Source: Eledone cirrhosa (lineage: Eukaryota). Taken from it: 64,000 nucleotides of DNA. The translations under genes and the position numbers were made by a program. Location of the stretch: NCBI GenBank assembly GCA_964016885.1, contig OZ024743.1, forward strand, positions 253,208,001 through 253,272,000, in the 5' to 3' direction. Shown one piece after another: positions 11,296-24,233 of this stretch (positions are counted from its first letter, which is position 1; each line of letters opens with the position of its first letter). The notes below the pieces were generated by a model that was not told where the DNA came from, searched no databases, and saw nothing but the letters and a program-made list of their open reading frames with translations.

Positions 11296-14200
11296 CTACA
11301 GGCTTATAAATAGAGAAGGCCCAATCACTTGGGTCATTTTCGCTTCATTCACCCACCTTTCAGTAAATTTACTGGGGTTCAGTGGCTCTCTCTCCACTCT
11401 GATACTTCTTCTAAAGTGATACTTAAAGAAGGGAATCAATTGTTGTTCGGAGAGAAAGGCATCTGTCCTCAGTCCTCTCAATCTCGTCCACCATATAACT
11501 TCTTTAACCATAGCCACCGTACAGAGGAAAACGGCCTCTCTTTCGTTTTTGAAGGAGGCTGGCGGTTTGATCCTTACTATGGACTCGGTAGTCAACTGGA
11601 TTTCTCCCATATGCGACAGCAGTTGTTCTGCATAGTTCCACAGGTCGGTTACGCCCGGTCAGTGTACAATTGCGTGCAGGACTGTTTCAATGTCCTGCAC
11701 GCTTCTTGGATACGTCCTCTTCGAAGGATCCCTGCCATGGCGTCCGTGCCTGTAGATCTTGTCACGAACCGGTAGAGCTCCTCGATAGCACTGCCACGCC
11801 AGGGACCTCTGGAAATTGTCCTTGGGTCCCGGCCGGAAAGTCCTACCAAACAGACTGGTGAGCTCATCGTCTTCGATGCCCAGAGTCTCTCCGAGCACGT
11901 CGTCGCCTTTGTAACGTACAATCCCTCTATAGAATGTCGAAGTGGAGTCTCCACTGATTGCTGCGCCCGCTTGCCAGAGGACTGTGAGCGCCTGAGCGCA
12001 TTCAATGTGCCAGGTGCCCATCGTTGTCGGTCTTTTCTTGACCCAGGACTGCAGCTCCGTCAGCGAGACGAGCTGTGGGAAAGCCTGTCTCACAAACGGT
12101 GCCCACACCAGTTGGGGGGCAGTTAGGAATACCTGGAGATGCCGCAGCCTCAGCTCATGTTTGCGCATCATCAGCCACGGCATTCCCAGCCCTCCGTTGG
12201 AAGGGTGGTGACAGCAGACGGATCTCCTCACCAGCGGAGCCTGCTTCTTCCACAGAAACTGGAAGAGCATGCGTTCCATCTTGGCGAGGTGATCACGGGG
12301 ACAAGGCACGACAGTCAAGCGGTGGTAGATGACGGACGCTATGAACGTTTTCGCCACCTCCGCTGGACCTTTCAAGGACAGTTTGCACTCTGCCCACTTC
12401 TGGGTTAGTGCAAACACCTTGGCCGTGACCTCGTTCCAGTTTCTCTCCACCTGGAGGTCTGAACCGAACCAGACCCCAAGCAATTTCACCGGTCCGTCCG
12501 TACAGCGTCCAACGACGCTGTCGGACGTCATCGGTTTGCCTCTCCACATACCGAGTTGCAAACCGACAGACTTGTGCGGGTTTAGTTTTGCTCCCGTCAG
12601 CGTTTCGTATTCGTTCAGTAAGTTGCCTCTCACCCCGATTTCCGAGGTGCTCGACACCATTACCGTCACGCTTTGCGCAGTCCCGGTTCTAGAGGGATGC
12701 CTTGCAACAGCTCCAATTTCCGCAATAGTGGCTCTAGAGTCAACACATACACAATGGAGGAGAGAGGGCACCCCTGTCGAATGGAACGCGTGATTGCGAA
12801 CGGCTCCAATAGGTAGCCGTTCACCTTGACCCTCGAGCAGATGCTGGTGTGCATCGCCTCGATCCATCCTCTGAACACGGGACCGAAACCGGCCGCCTTG
12901 AGAACCGCTTCCAAGTATCGATGGTCGACCCTATCGAATGCCTTAGACTGATCCAAGTTGATCAGAGCCCCACTGAAGCCGGGTTTACTACCCACCCTCT
13001 CTATGATGTATCGCATGAGGTGGAGGTTGTCGTGTATGGATTTGGTCGGGATTGCACACGTTTGCGCATTCCCTACCAGGTTCTGGACGACAAGCGCCAA
13101 CCTCGTCGCTAGCACCTTGGCCAAAATCTTGTGTTGAGCAGAGTTATGGGCCTGTAGTTGTTAATTTCGTCCCCCTTGTTCTCGTCTTTCCTGATCAGCG
13201 TTACTACGCCCTTGCCAGCAGAACAGGGAATTCTCCCGTTCTGCTGCCAATTGCAGTCAACGGCTTCGAGGACGCGAGAGAACAAGACCGGCATGCCTAT
13301 GTAAAACTCGTAGGGTAGACCATCTAGACCGGGTGACTTGCGTTTCCCGCAGTGGCCCAGAGCGTCCCGTATCTCAGTGTCCGTCATCGGTCTTTTGCAG
13401 AACTCGGCGTCCGTGTCCGAGAGACGCGGCAGGCCGTCGAGGTAGGAACTAAAGTCCATTGCCCCGTTCGGCTCACCGTCGTTCTGCTCAAACAGTCGCG
13501 CAAAGTGCCGCTGAAAGGCCGCGCACATTTGCTTGGGGTCAAGTAGCACGCGTCCGTTTTGGTCTTTCAAAGACCGAATCGTGGACTTGTTGCCACTTTT
13601 TGCTTCCGCCACTCGGGCCCAGCTGACAGCTTTCGCTCCTTCGTTTCCTAGATCACGTGTTTTGCTTCTGACCACACAGCCTTCGTGTTTCGCATCGAAG
13701 AACTGGTCCAGTGCCGTTCTCGACGCTAACACTCTAGCCGCGTTGCAACTTCTAAGTGCCTCCTCTACCTCGTCTACTAGTTCTCTTTCTATTCTGTTTT
13801 TCTCTAAGGCTAACTCTCTGCTATACCCTATCGATTCTATTCTGATTGCTTTCTTGAGAGAGTACCACTATCTATTGTTGACGATGGCTCCCGTTAACTG
13901 TTGTTTGACTAGTCTACTTATCCGTTCACTGTAAGCTTTACGTACAGGCAACGACACGTTCAGTCTCTGTCTATGTATTCTATCACGGTTTACTAAGCAG
14001 ACGACTGACTTGTGATCTGAATAGGCAGCCATGTACAATCGTGGACAGCTTAACATCTCCATGTCCCTTTCTCTAATGAAGAACCTATCTAAATACGATC
14101 TAGATGTCCCACTGCGGTTTGCCCACGTCCACTGTGGTTCAGTCAGGAAATCCAGTCGATACCTATCGGCCAGTTGGAATTGGCCGATTAAAGTTTTGAG

Positions 14201-14698
14201 GCTGTTGCACCCCGTTCTACTGGGACATGCTCCCACATAGTCCCATCGTGCATCTAGGATACCATTCCAGTCCCCCACTAAAAGTTAGGATCGAGACGTT
14301 CACAGAAAAGACTCTTGACGCTTAAAGAAGTCTGGCCTTGATTGCGATTGCCCGGTCGGGGCATAAACGGCCACCAGTCTGAAGGCTCTACCTCCAATAC
14401 TGTTCACGTCTAGGACTACCAGTCTACCCTCCGTGTCCAAGTGTACTTGCTGTACTTCGACGTCCAGGTTCTTCTGAAACATGACAGCCACTCCACTTCC
14501 ACCTCCTGGCTGACAGAGAGATGCGTAGATCTGAAAGTGGTCGAAGATGGGGGTTAGTTGCTGCCTGTTGTGGATCCTGGACTCGGTGATGGCTATCACA
14601 TCCATTCTGTGTGACCTAAGATCGTTTAAAAGTTGGTCCTGTTTCCAGGGCATCCCTATGCCACGCACATTCACGGTTCCAACTCGTAAACTAACCAT
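11296..14698 (-). pseudogene. Tx1 ORF2 (APE endonuclease + RT + C-terminal Cys/His domain), copy A
   Basis: TVNVRG, VYAP, GDWN, SYLDR, SDH, KSPGLDGLP, NYRPITLLN, LDQSKAFDRVDH, RQGCPLS and GGLG motifs are present, with several frameshifts and the YADD motif deleted. Confidence 0.92.
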
Positions 14699-14731
14699 GT
14701 TGGTGAAGAAAATTTGGAGAAAAAGGTGCTC

Positions 14732-16639
14732 TTACCTTTTCGTTTGCTGGAGATCGGGTTGTTCAATCTCCATTTGGGTGCTGGATGGGGTGTTGGGTGG
14801 GGTGGGGAAACATTTTAACAGGACGCTGTTGATGGGTTTGTGCGAGGGGTTGCCCACGTCCTGTGAAAATTTATTTTTTAGGTTATTATAGGTTTCCACA
14901 GAAACACTTATAAGTTTAAGGTGTGGAGACGATTCTGCCTAGACGAAAGTTTTGCCCTCCGTCTCCACCTTGGGATTTTGGGAGATGACTTGCATCAAAC
15001 TCTTGTTGTTTGTGTTGATGTATGCGTATTGTTGTTTGTGTTTTCGTTGTGTTGTTTCAGTTTGTTTTTCGCCCGGGAGATTTCTTTTTATGGTGGCTTC
15101 TTTTTGAGGGGCGGTGTTGGTGCTGGTTTTGCTGATAAGAGCATGTTTGAGTGCGTTGTTGTTTGTGTTGTTTGTGGTTGTGGTTGTGTGTTGGTGTTGG
15201 TGATTGGAGTTTGGGGGGTTTTGTGGTGTCTCATTTTTTGTTTTTTAGATTTCCACGGTTCTCCCTCTTCTTCACTTAAAGAAGGAGAAGCAGCTTCATC
15301 CGTCGATGAATAATCATCGTCAGGTGTGAGGGATAGAGGTATGTTGTGTGGTGGTGGTGTTTCGGTGTGTGTGTTTGTGGTAGTGTTTGATGGAGTGGGT
15401 TGGAGTGGGGCTGTGTTCTTCAGGGTTGTTGTCTCTGTTTTTTCTGTTGTTGCTGGTTGAGTGTCTGTTAGTTTTGGTGTTTGCTCGTTTCGTCTGTCGT
15501 TGTACTTGTGGTGGTGGTGGTGGTTGTTTTGGTGTTGGTGTTGGTAATAGTGTTTTTTTAATGATGTTGTTGTTGTGTGTTTGTGGACAGGAGGCTTTTA
15601 GGTGTGCTGTGCTACCACAGCGAAAGCAATGAAATGTTCGTCCTTCTACCGAAATGTTTATTTTGTTGTTATTATCGATGACGACTCTTTCGAATATTGT
15701 GGAGATTCTTTCCGGTTTTATTTGCAACAGAATCTCCAAATCTGTATTCGCCCACCTTTGTCGAATAGATTTTCGTATCGAAAGAATGATATCAGTTTCT
15801 GGCTCTACGAAGCCAGCCAAGATCCACCAGATGTTAATGTTTGGGGGTATGTTTTTTATTTTTATATTTTGTGTCCTTTTTCCCATGTATGTAGGGAAAA
15901 AGGTGTATGCTTTTGACACCATTGGTGTCACAGAATATTTTTGGCCGAGTGACTCGCTTTTAAACAGTACGGAAACACTTCCGTACTGTTTTCCTCGCTG
16001 GAGAAAATCGACATTTGCTAGAATTTACTTCAAAGTGTCTTCTATATCTGCTTGGCTAACAAATGTCGGCTTTCTTGTGGAATTTGACACAGTCCTAAGG
16101 GTGACTGATCTGCGAATTGTGTCTTCCTTTATTTCAAGGGGTGAGTTAATTCTAAACCAACCTCTTTCTTCTAAAGTTACAAATGTTCTCCCTTGCTGGA
16201 GCATATCTCTTGCGTTGGAGATATCAAGATTTATAAAATTTTGTTTTTTGTTCACTGTTTCAGCGAAAGACATTTTCTTTTTCTGTGTGGTGTTGCTGTT
16301 GTTGTTGTTGTTATCGTTGTTAGCCTCGGTGTTGGAAATCTCAGTTCCTTGTCGAGTTGAAACATTATGTGTAGATGTATCTATAGAGTTGTTGATGTCA
16401 TTTTCATGTGTAAGTATGTTAATGGCTTTAATTCCTGTGTTTTCCTGTGTCTTATTGTTATTTTTCTCCGCTTCGACGGTAGAAATTTTAAAATCTTCAA
16501 GTGGTAATATTTTTTCCTCTTTGTTGACAGTCGTATCTATGGCGACGTCCATAGTAGCAGAAGCATATATAACGTTAATATCTGCCTCTTTCTCTCTCTT
16601 TTCTCTATTAACGTTCTCCAGCGTTCTTGTGTTGCTCAA
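14732..16639 (-). pseudogene. Tx1 ORF1 (gag-like, CCHC knuckle), copy A
   Basis: CFRCGSTAHLKASC knuckle; homologous to the 587-aa ORF1 of copy B; in-frame stops at 16025 and 15320. Confidence 0.85.
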
Positions 16640-17112
16640 GTTATTTAGTTTGTAAACTCTGATATTTTAAAACAACTTTTAAAATAAAATGTTCGCCCCT
16701 GCAGGGACGAAAACTGGGATTACCACCCAGCTGACAATTCAGCTTGGGGGTTAATCTACAAAATGTTATGTTTTTTCAAACAGTTAGTTCGTTTTTTTGT
16801 ATAGAAATTAACAAAAAAGATTACCGGCGATGTTTCACGCGTCAGACAGAAAGAGAGATAGATAGATAGATATATTTCTTTATTAGCCACAGGGGCACAA
16901 AAGAATGGGACAAATACAAAGGGGGCAGTTTACATACAATAAAAACGTGTAAAATGTTATCACAGATGGAATTTAAAAAGTTAGTCGATTTTCCCCAATA
17001 GAGGGAGACAGTTTATATGGGTAACACATACCCCCGAAAAAAATGTGCAACCCTCATCTCCAGGAGTACGAAGAGTCTGTACTCCCTTCCTCTCCTCCTC
17101 CTTTTCCTCAAC

Positions 17113-20080
17113 CTACAGGCTGATATAGAGAGAAGGCCCATTCACTCGGGCCATTCTCGCCACTTTCACCCACCTTTCATAAAACTTGCTGGGGTACAGC
17201 ACCTCTCTCTCCATCCTGATTCTTCTTCCAAAGTGGTATTTGAAAAAAAGAATCAGTTGTTGGCCGGAGAGAAAGGTGTCTGACCTCAGCCCTTTCAACC
17301 TTGTCCACCATACAACCTCTTTCGCCATAGCTATCACACAAAGGAAAACCGCCTCTCCTTCGTTTTTGAAGGAGGGTGGCGGTTTGATCATGACAATGGA
17401 CTCGGTGGTCAACTGGACTGGTCCCACCCGCGACAATAGTCGTTCTACATAGCCCCACAGGTCAGTGACGCCCGGGCAGTGTATGAATGCGTGCGTGACG
17501 GTTTCTTCGTCTCGCACTCACCTCGGACAGATATTTTTTGCAGGGTCCCTGCCCGGGCGCCCATGTCTGTAGATCTTGTCTCGAACTGGTAGAGCTCCTC
17601 GGTAGCACTGCCAGGCCAGGGACTTTCGGAAGTTGTCCATCGGTCCCGGGCGGAAGGTCCTACCGAACAGACTGGCCAGTTCATCTTCCTCTACGCCTAG
17701 AGTTTCACCGAGCGCGTCGTCGCACTTGCTGCGGACTAACCCTCTATATAATGACGAAGTGGAGTCTCCACTGATCGCCGGGTCCGCCTGCCAGAGGGCT
17801 GTGAGCGCCTGAGCACATTCGATGTGCCAGTCGCCCATTTTCCTCGGTCTTTGCTTGACCCAGGACTGCAGCTCGGTCAGCGAGACGAGTCGTGGGAAGG
17901 CTCGCCTCACGAACGGGGACCACACCGGTTGTCCGGTGAGGAATACGTAGAGATGCCGCAGCCTGAGCGCGTGTTTGCGCATCGTCAACCACGGCATCCC
18001 CAGCCCTCCGTTAGAAGGGTGTTGGCAGCAGATGGATCTTCTCACCAAAGGAGCCCGCCTCTTCCAAAGGAATCGGAAGAGCGCGCGCTCCATTTTGGCG
18101 AGCGTTTTGGCTGGACAAGGCACGACGGTCAAGCGGTAGTAGATGGCGGACGCTATAAAAGTGTTCGCCACCTCCGCTCGACCTTTCAAGGATAGTTTGC
18201 ACTCGACCCAATTCTGGGTGAGTGCAAACACCTTGGCCGTCACTTCGTTCCAGTTCTTCTCCACCTGGAGTTCCGGACCAAACCAGACCCCGAGCAGCTT
18301 TACCGGTCCTTCCGTCCAGCGTCCGACGACGCCACCGGAAGCCATCGGTCTGCCTCTCCACGATCCGAGTTGCAAACCGATGGACTTGTCCTGGTTCAGC
18401 TTCGCTCCTGTGAGACTTTCGTATTCCTTTAGTAAGGTGCCGACTTCCTCGATTTGAGAGGCGCTCGACACCATTACTGTCACGTCGTCGGCGTAGGCCG
18501 ACGCCGCTTTCCGCAGTCCCGGTTCCAGAGGGATGCCCTGCAATAGCTCCAGCTTCCGCAGTAGTGGCTCGAGAGTCAGTACGTACAGAAGGGAGGAGAG
18601 AGGGCATCCCTGTCGAATGGATCGCGTAATATGGAACCGCTTCCAGGAGACCGGAGAATAAGTCCGGCATTGCTACGTAAAATTCGTAGGGTAGACCGTC
18701 GAGACCTGGAGATTTGCGTTTGCCGCATTGGCTCAGCGCGTCCCCTATCTCAGTGGCTGAAATCGGCTTTTCGCAGAACTTCGCCTCGCTGTCCGAGAGT
18801 CGCGGTAGGCCGTCGAGGTATGCACCGAAATCCATAGCCTCTCCAGGCGCGCCGCTCCCCCCGAACAGTCGAGCAAAGTGCCGCTGAAAAGCCGCGCATA
18901 TCTGCTTCGGCTCACGTATCACGAGTCCGTTTTGGTCCTTCAAAGAGCGAATCGTGGACTTGTTGCCATTTTTTGCCTCCGTCACTCGGGCCCAGCTAAC
19001 AGCTTTGGCTCCCTCGTTTCCCAGAGCACGTATTTTGCTTCTGACAACGCAGCCCTCGTGCTTTGCGTCGAAGAACTGGTCCAAGGCCGTTCTCGTTGCT
19101 ACCACGCTGGCTACGTTGCCACTTCTAATTGCCTCTTCTGCTTTATCTACCAGTTCCTTCTCGGTTCTATTTCTATCTAACGCTAATTCTTTACTAAAAA
19201 CTATCGAGTCTAATCTAACTGCCCTCTTGAGAGAGTACCACCATCTGTTGTTGACAATGGCCCCTGTCAAGTGCTGTTTAACTAAAGTGCTAATCCGTCT
19301 ACTGTAGGCTTTGCTTGTCGGTAACGACAAGTTCAGCTTCCAGTAGCCGGGTCCTTGTCTATGGGTTCTATCAAGGTTGGCCATGCAGGTCACTAGTTTG
19401 TGATCTGAATAGGCAACCATGAACATTTGTGGACAGCTTAACATGTCCCTATCCTTATTTCTAACTAGAACCCTATCTAGGTACGATCTAGATGTTCCGC
19501 TACGATTACTCCACGTCCACAGTGGCGCAGTCGGAAAATCTAGTCGATATCTATCGGCCAGGTCAAATCGGTCGATTAACTGTTTGAGGCTGTTACACCC
19601 CCCTTTAACGGGACATGCTCCCACATAGTCCCAACGTGCATCTAGGATTCCATTCCAGTCTCCCACAAAAAGCAAGGAGCGGGACGTTCCCAGAAAAGTC
19701 TCTAGACGTTTGAAGAAGTCTGGCTGCGGTGTCCCGGATGGGGCATATGCGGCCACCAGCCTGAACGCTCCACCTTCACTACCGTCAACGTCTAGGACCA
19801 CCAGTCGACCCTCCGGGTCCAGATGTACCGTCTGTGTTACGAGGCCCAGGTGTTTCCGCAGCAAAATGGCAACTCCGCCCCCAGCCCCCGGTTGACAGAG
19901 AGATGCGTAGATCTCAAAGTCATCGAAGATGGGGGCCAGCTGTCGCTCGCCGTGGATCCTGGACTCGCAAATGGCTACCACATCCAAACTGTGCGACCTG
20001 AGGTAGTTTAAGAGTTTGCCCTGTTTCCAGGGCATCCCCAGGCCGCGTACGTTCACACATCCAACTCTTATATTGGCCAT
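17113..20080 (-). pseudogene. Tx1 ORF2, copy B (internal ~460-bp RT deletion, one TGA)
   Basis: The EN domain is open and AYADD is present. A deletion junction near 18636 fuses LLEAV to FHITRSIRQGCPLS, and there is a TGA at 17518-17520 in CPR*V. Confidence 0.92.
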
Positions 20081-20113
20081 GTTGGTGCTGAAAAGTTAAA
20101 AGAGGAAAAGAGA

Positions 20114-22030
20114 TCACTCACCCTTCGCCTCCTGGGGACCAGGCCGCACGATTTCGATGGGGGTGTTGGAGGGGTTGTCTGGATGGGTGGTGGTTTCCGG
20201 CGGCGTGGGGACGCAGATGTTTGGTGGGGTGGGGTCTGGTGGGATGGGGGTGTCTGGGGTGGGGAGTCATTTGAGAAGGACGCGGTTGAGTGGTTTCACG
20301 CAGGAATTCCCCACATCCTTCTCAAATGTTTCTTTTAGGGACCTATAAGTTTGTATAGGGACCCTAATCAGTTTTAGGTTCAGTTTTTTGCTATTTTTTA
20401 TAGAGTGGGCGAAAGTTTTCCCTTCGGTGAAAACCGAAGGGTCGTTCGTGATGGTCTCCATTAGTGTTTTGTTTTCAGTGTTTATGTAAGTGTAAGTGTA
20501 ACTTTCTTGTGTTGTGTTTGTTTTTGTCTGTAGTTCTTGTGTGTGCTTTCGTTTTGTTGTAGGTATTTTGTTTTCAGGAGGTGGGGGTTTTGTTTGTGAT
20601 ATTTTTGTTGTTTGTGTTGGTGGTTGTATGTTTGTGGTAGTGTTTGCTGGTTTTTTGCTTTTGTGATGTCTTTTCTTTCTTTTCGAGCGATGGGGTTCTC
20701 CCTCGTCTTCACTGGGTGATGGCGAGATAGCCTCATCTGTTGTATCGTCTGTGTGATTGGGGAGGGGTATGTCTTGGGGAGCTGTTGTGTCTATATGTGA
20801 TTTTGCAGTGGTTTTAGGTGGAGTGGGGTTGGGTGGGACTGTGTTTGTTGTGGTTATTTTTGTGTGTTGGTGTTGTTGTTGTTGTGGTGGTGTTGGTGGT
20901 TGTGTTGTTTTGATGGGTGTCGGCAGAAGAGCCTTTTTTTGGTTCATTAGTTTAGGACAGGAAGCCCTCAGGTGAACCCTGCTAAAGCAATGGTAACATG
21001 AAGGCCGCCTACCCTCAACCGAAAGGTTTATGTAGGTGAGTCCGTCCAGAAGTACACGCTGTGGGATCATAGCTATTCGCTCTGGGCTCATTTGCACCAG
21101 AACTTCAATGCTAGTCCCATTGAATACATCTCTGGGGGACTTTCCTACTGACAGTATTCTGTCTTCATCAAAATTGATGAAGCCGCACAGTATCCACCAT
21201 ATGATCATCTTTGGTGTGACACTTGTGATTCTGATCTTTTGTGTCCTTTTTCCCATGTATGTAGGGAAAAAGGTGTACAGGTTGGATACAATTGGCGACA
21301 CAGAGTAATTTTGAGCCGTCAATTGATCCTTCATGAGTACCGAAATACTCCCAAAAAGTTTGCTTCTTTGAATGAATGCAATATCATTCATTGAATCTTT
21401 GAAAACCAGTTCAATATCTTTCTGTGACAATTGGACTGGTTTTCGGGTAGAATTGGAAACTGTCCTAAAAACTATCGTTTTGAGAGCAGTTTTCTTGCGA
21501 ATTTCTACCGGAGAATTGATGCTGAAAGCACCATTTTTTTCGAAGGTGACATATCTCTTAGCGTCCTTTAAAAGGTGTTCAGCATTTGTTATGTCGAGAT
21601 ATATCAATTGTTCTTTCTTTTGAACTTTCTCCGTAAAGGAGATTTTTGGTTTCTTTGTGGAATCCGTATTGGTGGTGTTGTCATTATTGTTGTTATTGTT
21701 GTTGTTATTCTTGTTGTCACCGATGTTGGTATCATCCGTATTTTCCTTGGTGTTGTTGTTGTCTTTGATGCTGGTGTTATTGGCGTTGTCTTTAATTTTT
21801 TCTTTGTTGTTGTTATCATTGTTGCTTTTATCATCATTATTGGTTTTGCTGTTATTTTTGTTGTCATTGAGCTGTTTGGTGTCATTTGTGTTGTTTGGAT
21901 GTGAATTCGTTTTTTTATTTTCATTTTGTCTTTCCATCTCTATAGTATCTAGTGAATAAGACGTTGTTGACTGCGAGCTTTGTAGTCTTACCGCCTCTCC
22001 ACCACCATTATCGTTGCACGCAGCGTTCAT
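20114..22030 (-). pseudogene. Tx1 ORF1, copy B (587 aa open, TGA at 20267, about 50 more codons to 20114)
   Basis: N-rich N-terminus, central conserved domain, CYHCFSRVHLRASC knuckle and P/T-rich tail. Confidence 0.88.
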
Positions 22031-22246
22031 AACGTAATCAAAATTTTACAATATTTTTTCCAAGATTCGATGGAGAAACATTTTTTAAATGGATATTCCG
22101 CCCCTGAAGGGGCGAAAAGAGTTGACCCACCAGCTGAAGGTCCAGACGGGTGGTCAAGTTACACAATGATATAAAATTGAACTAAAAACTCACGTTTTTT
22201 TCTTACATAAATTAACGGAAACTTCTCCGCGAAGTGACACACGACT

Positions 22247-22250
22247 GATT

Positions 22251-22337
<87 letters not shown>
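22247..22337. repeat. (GATA)n microsatellite
   Basis: Directly visible; abuts the 5' end of Tx1 copy B. Confidence 0.95.
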
Positions 22338-22577
22338 GACAGCACGGATTCAAAACCAAATGGCTTCAGGAAGTTACAGAATTGAGGATATGTGCAAATA
22401 TCTTCTAAACGCCATCCTTTTACCATGCCTTTGTTGTTGCTTTGTAAACCTTCCAAACTATATAATGTGACATCTTTCTCTTTCACTGTTCTGTAACAAT
22501 AGGCCTTACTTATTAACAATACATACTCAAGAAGGCGTACAATAGTACATAAGACATTTGAAAAAGAATAATGATAC

Positions 22578-22579
<2 letters not shown>

Positions 22580-22608
<29 letters not shown>

Positions 22609-22712
22609 TGTATGTATGTATGTATGTATGTATGTATGTATGCATGCATGCATGTATGTATGTATGTATGTATGTATGTATGTATGTATGTATGTATGAT
22701 GTATGTATGTAT
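22580..22712. repeat. (TATG)n microsatellite
   Basis: Directly visible. Confidence 0.95.
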
Positions 22713-22959
22713 GTAAATGTGTGTATGAGTGTGCGTGTGTGTGTCAGTGTGTGTTAGATACATAACCGGCCAGATATTAACAAATCTGCAATATTTCACA
22801 TTGCTAAAAAGCATATATTTGTAATATGTGTGAATAATATGATATAAATTGAGTATTTTGAAATCCTATTGTATATATAATGCAAGGGCTCCTGGCTAAG
22901 TTAGGAGGTGGAGGCTATGATGCTAAATATTTCTGAATATCCTTTCAGTATGAATGTGC

Positions 22960-23011
<52 letters not shown>

Positions 23012-23091
23012 GGAGTCCAGCCAAAGTGTATACGCACTTTTACACACTTTTATTATACACACATACATACATACATACATACATACATACA

Positions 23092-23400
23092 TCTACGGAG
23101 CATTGATGAGGATTATACAAATCCATTATCCAAGATACACCTTTAGCTTCATACCCATCATTATTGGAGCTACGGTTTATATACCAACCCGCTTGGACCA
23201 ATGTATAACTGAACTTGGATTTGCGGACAAAGAGCGCAGCTCCCTAATTCATAGTCTACAAATGGCTGCGATAGCTGGCACCTTCAACATTTGCAAAATA
23301 TTCTTGCGATTCAAGGGATTACAATTTCTTTTCTTTTACAACATTGCCACAGGAAGGTGGCCGGTCAAAAATATACTCGAAATTAAGAGAAAGAGAGAAC
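23092..23400 (+). mobile_element. 5'-truncated R4/Dong-like (restriction-like endonuclease) LINE 3' end in (CATA)n
   Basis: YGALMRIIQIHYPRYTFSFIPIIIGATVYIP..LQMAAIAGTFNICKIFL resembles the RLE C-terminus (KY..L..PIIVGALG..LQ..GT..I). (CATA)n lies on both sides. Confidence 0.65.
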
Positions 23401-23405
23401 ATACA

Positions 23406-23438
<33 letters not shown>

Positions 23439-23570
23439 CATACATATACATATATATATATATATAGAAGAAGTTAGTAAGCCCGTGGGTACTAAGTACC
23501 CCTGGAAATACATAGGTTGTCTATGATTTAAGGTTGTTCTATGGTATCAATTTGACATACCAGAACTATA

Positions 23571-23776
23571 ATATTAATATAAGCAGAACAAGCAAAATTC
23601 AACCAATTTTTTAAAATAAATTAAAAAATATAATTTAAATATTTACCTATTCATATGGCTCTTACCGATCGGTTTCGCCTTGTAAAACACCAGAGACCCA
23701 ATGGATTTTTAAATTATATTTTTTAATTTATTTTAAATAATTGGTTGAATTTTGCTTGTTCTGCTTATATTAATAT
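23571..23776. repeat. Inverted repeat (~68-bp arms) with degenerate hammerhead in the spacer
   Basis: Arms atattaatataagcagaacaagcaaaattcaaccaat../..attggttgaattttgcttgttctgcttatattaatat. The spacer on - reads tct-CTGGTG..-GAAAC-cgatcg-GTA-agag. Confidence 0.85.
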
Positions 23777-24137
23777 ATATATATATGTACATGTAAGAGT
23801 GTGTTTATATATATATTTATTTATCTATATATATATGCATCCGTGTGTGTACTTCGTTTTTGTATTTGTTTTGCAAGATTCTTGGAGTGAAATCGTGTTT
23901 CAAAACAGATAGTGTAATATTTTTGGATTATCATGCTGCTTATAAAAACATACACGCCAGTTTAGTTTTACGTCGATGATATTATTAGTCAGATAACTAA
24001 TCCATTCCTAGGATTGTTATTTAATTGTTAAAACTCTATCGTCACACATTCTCTCACCTCACTAACTCTGCTTGGTCCTCTGTGTCTCTACGTCATTTTG
24101 AATTTGTTTTATTTATTCCGCCGTCTTTCTCATTCTC

Positions 24138-24233
<96 letters not shown>

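Larger units (their letters stand above)
11048..16850 (-). mobile_element. Tx1/L1-clade non-LTR retrotransposon copy A (near full length, degenerate)
   Basis: 5' UTR, ORF1 with zinc knuckle, ORF2 (APE endonuclease + RT), and a 3' UTR ending aataaataaat-(TATC)3. Confidence 0.92.
16856..22246 (-). mobile_element. Tx1/L1-clade LINE copy B (full-length ends, best preserved)
   Basis: On the minus strand it starts right after (TATC)n (22247-22337) and ends aataaagaaata-(TATC)n abutting the 5' end of copy A. Confidence 0.93.

Noticed and set aside
15654-16655. 333-aa hydrophobic ORF antisense to Tx1 ORF1
   Set aside because: It is a shadow of the A/C-rich ORF1 strand, and the equivalent region of copy B is broken into short pieces.
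20081-20121. Mini-intron fusing ORF1 to ORF2
   Set aside because: Splicing leaves ORF2 out of frame, and copies A and C lack the acceptor AG.
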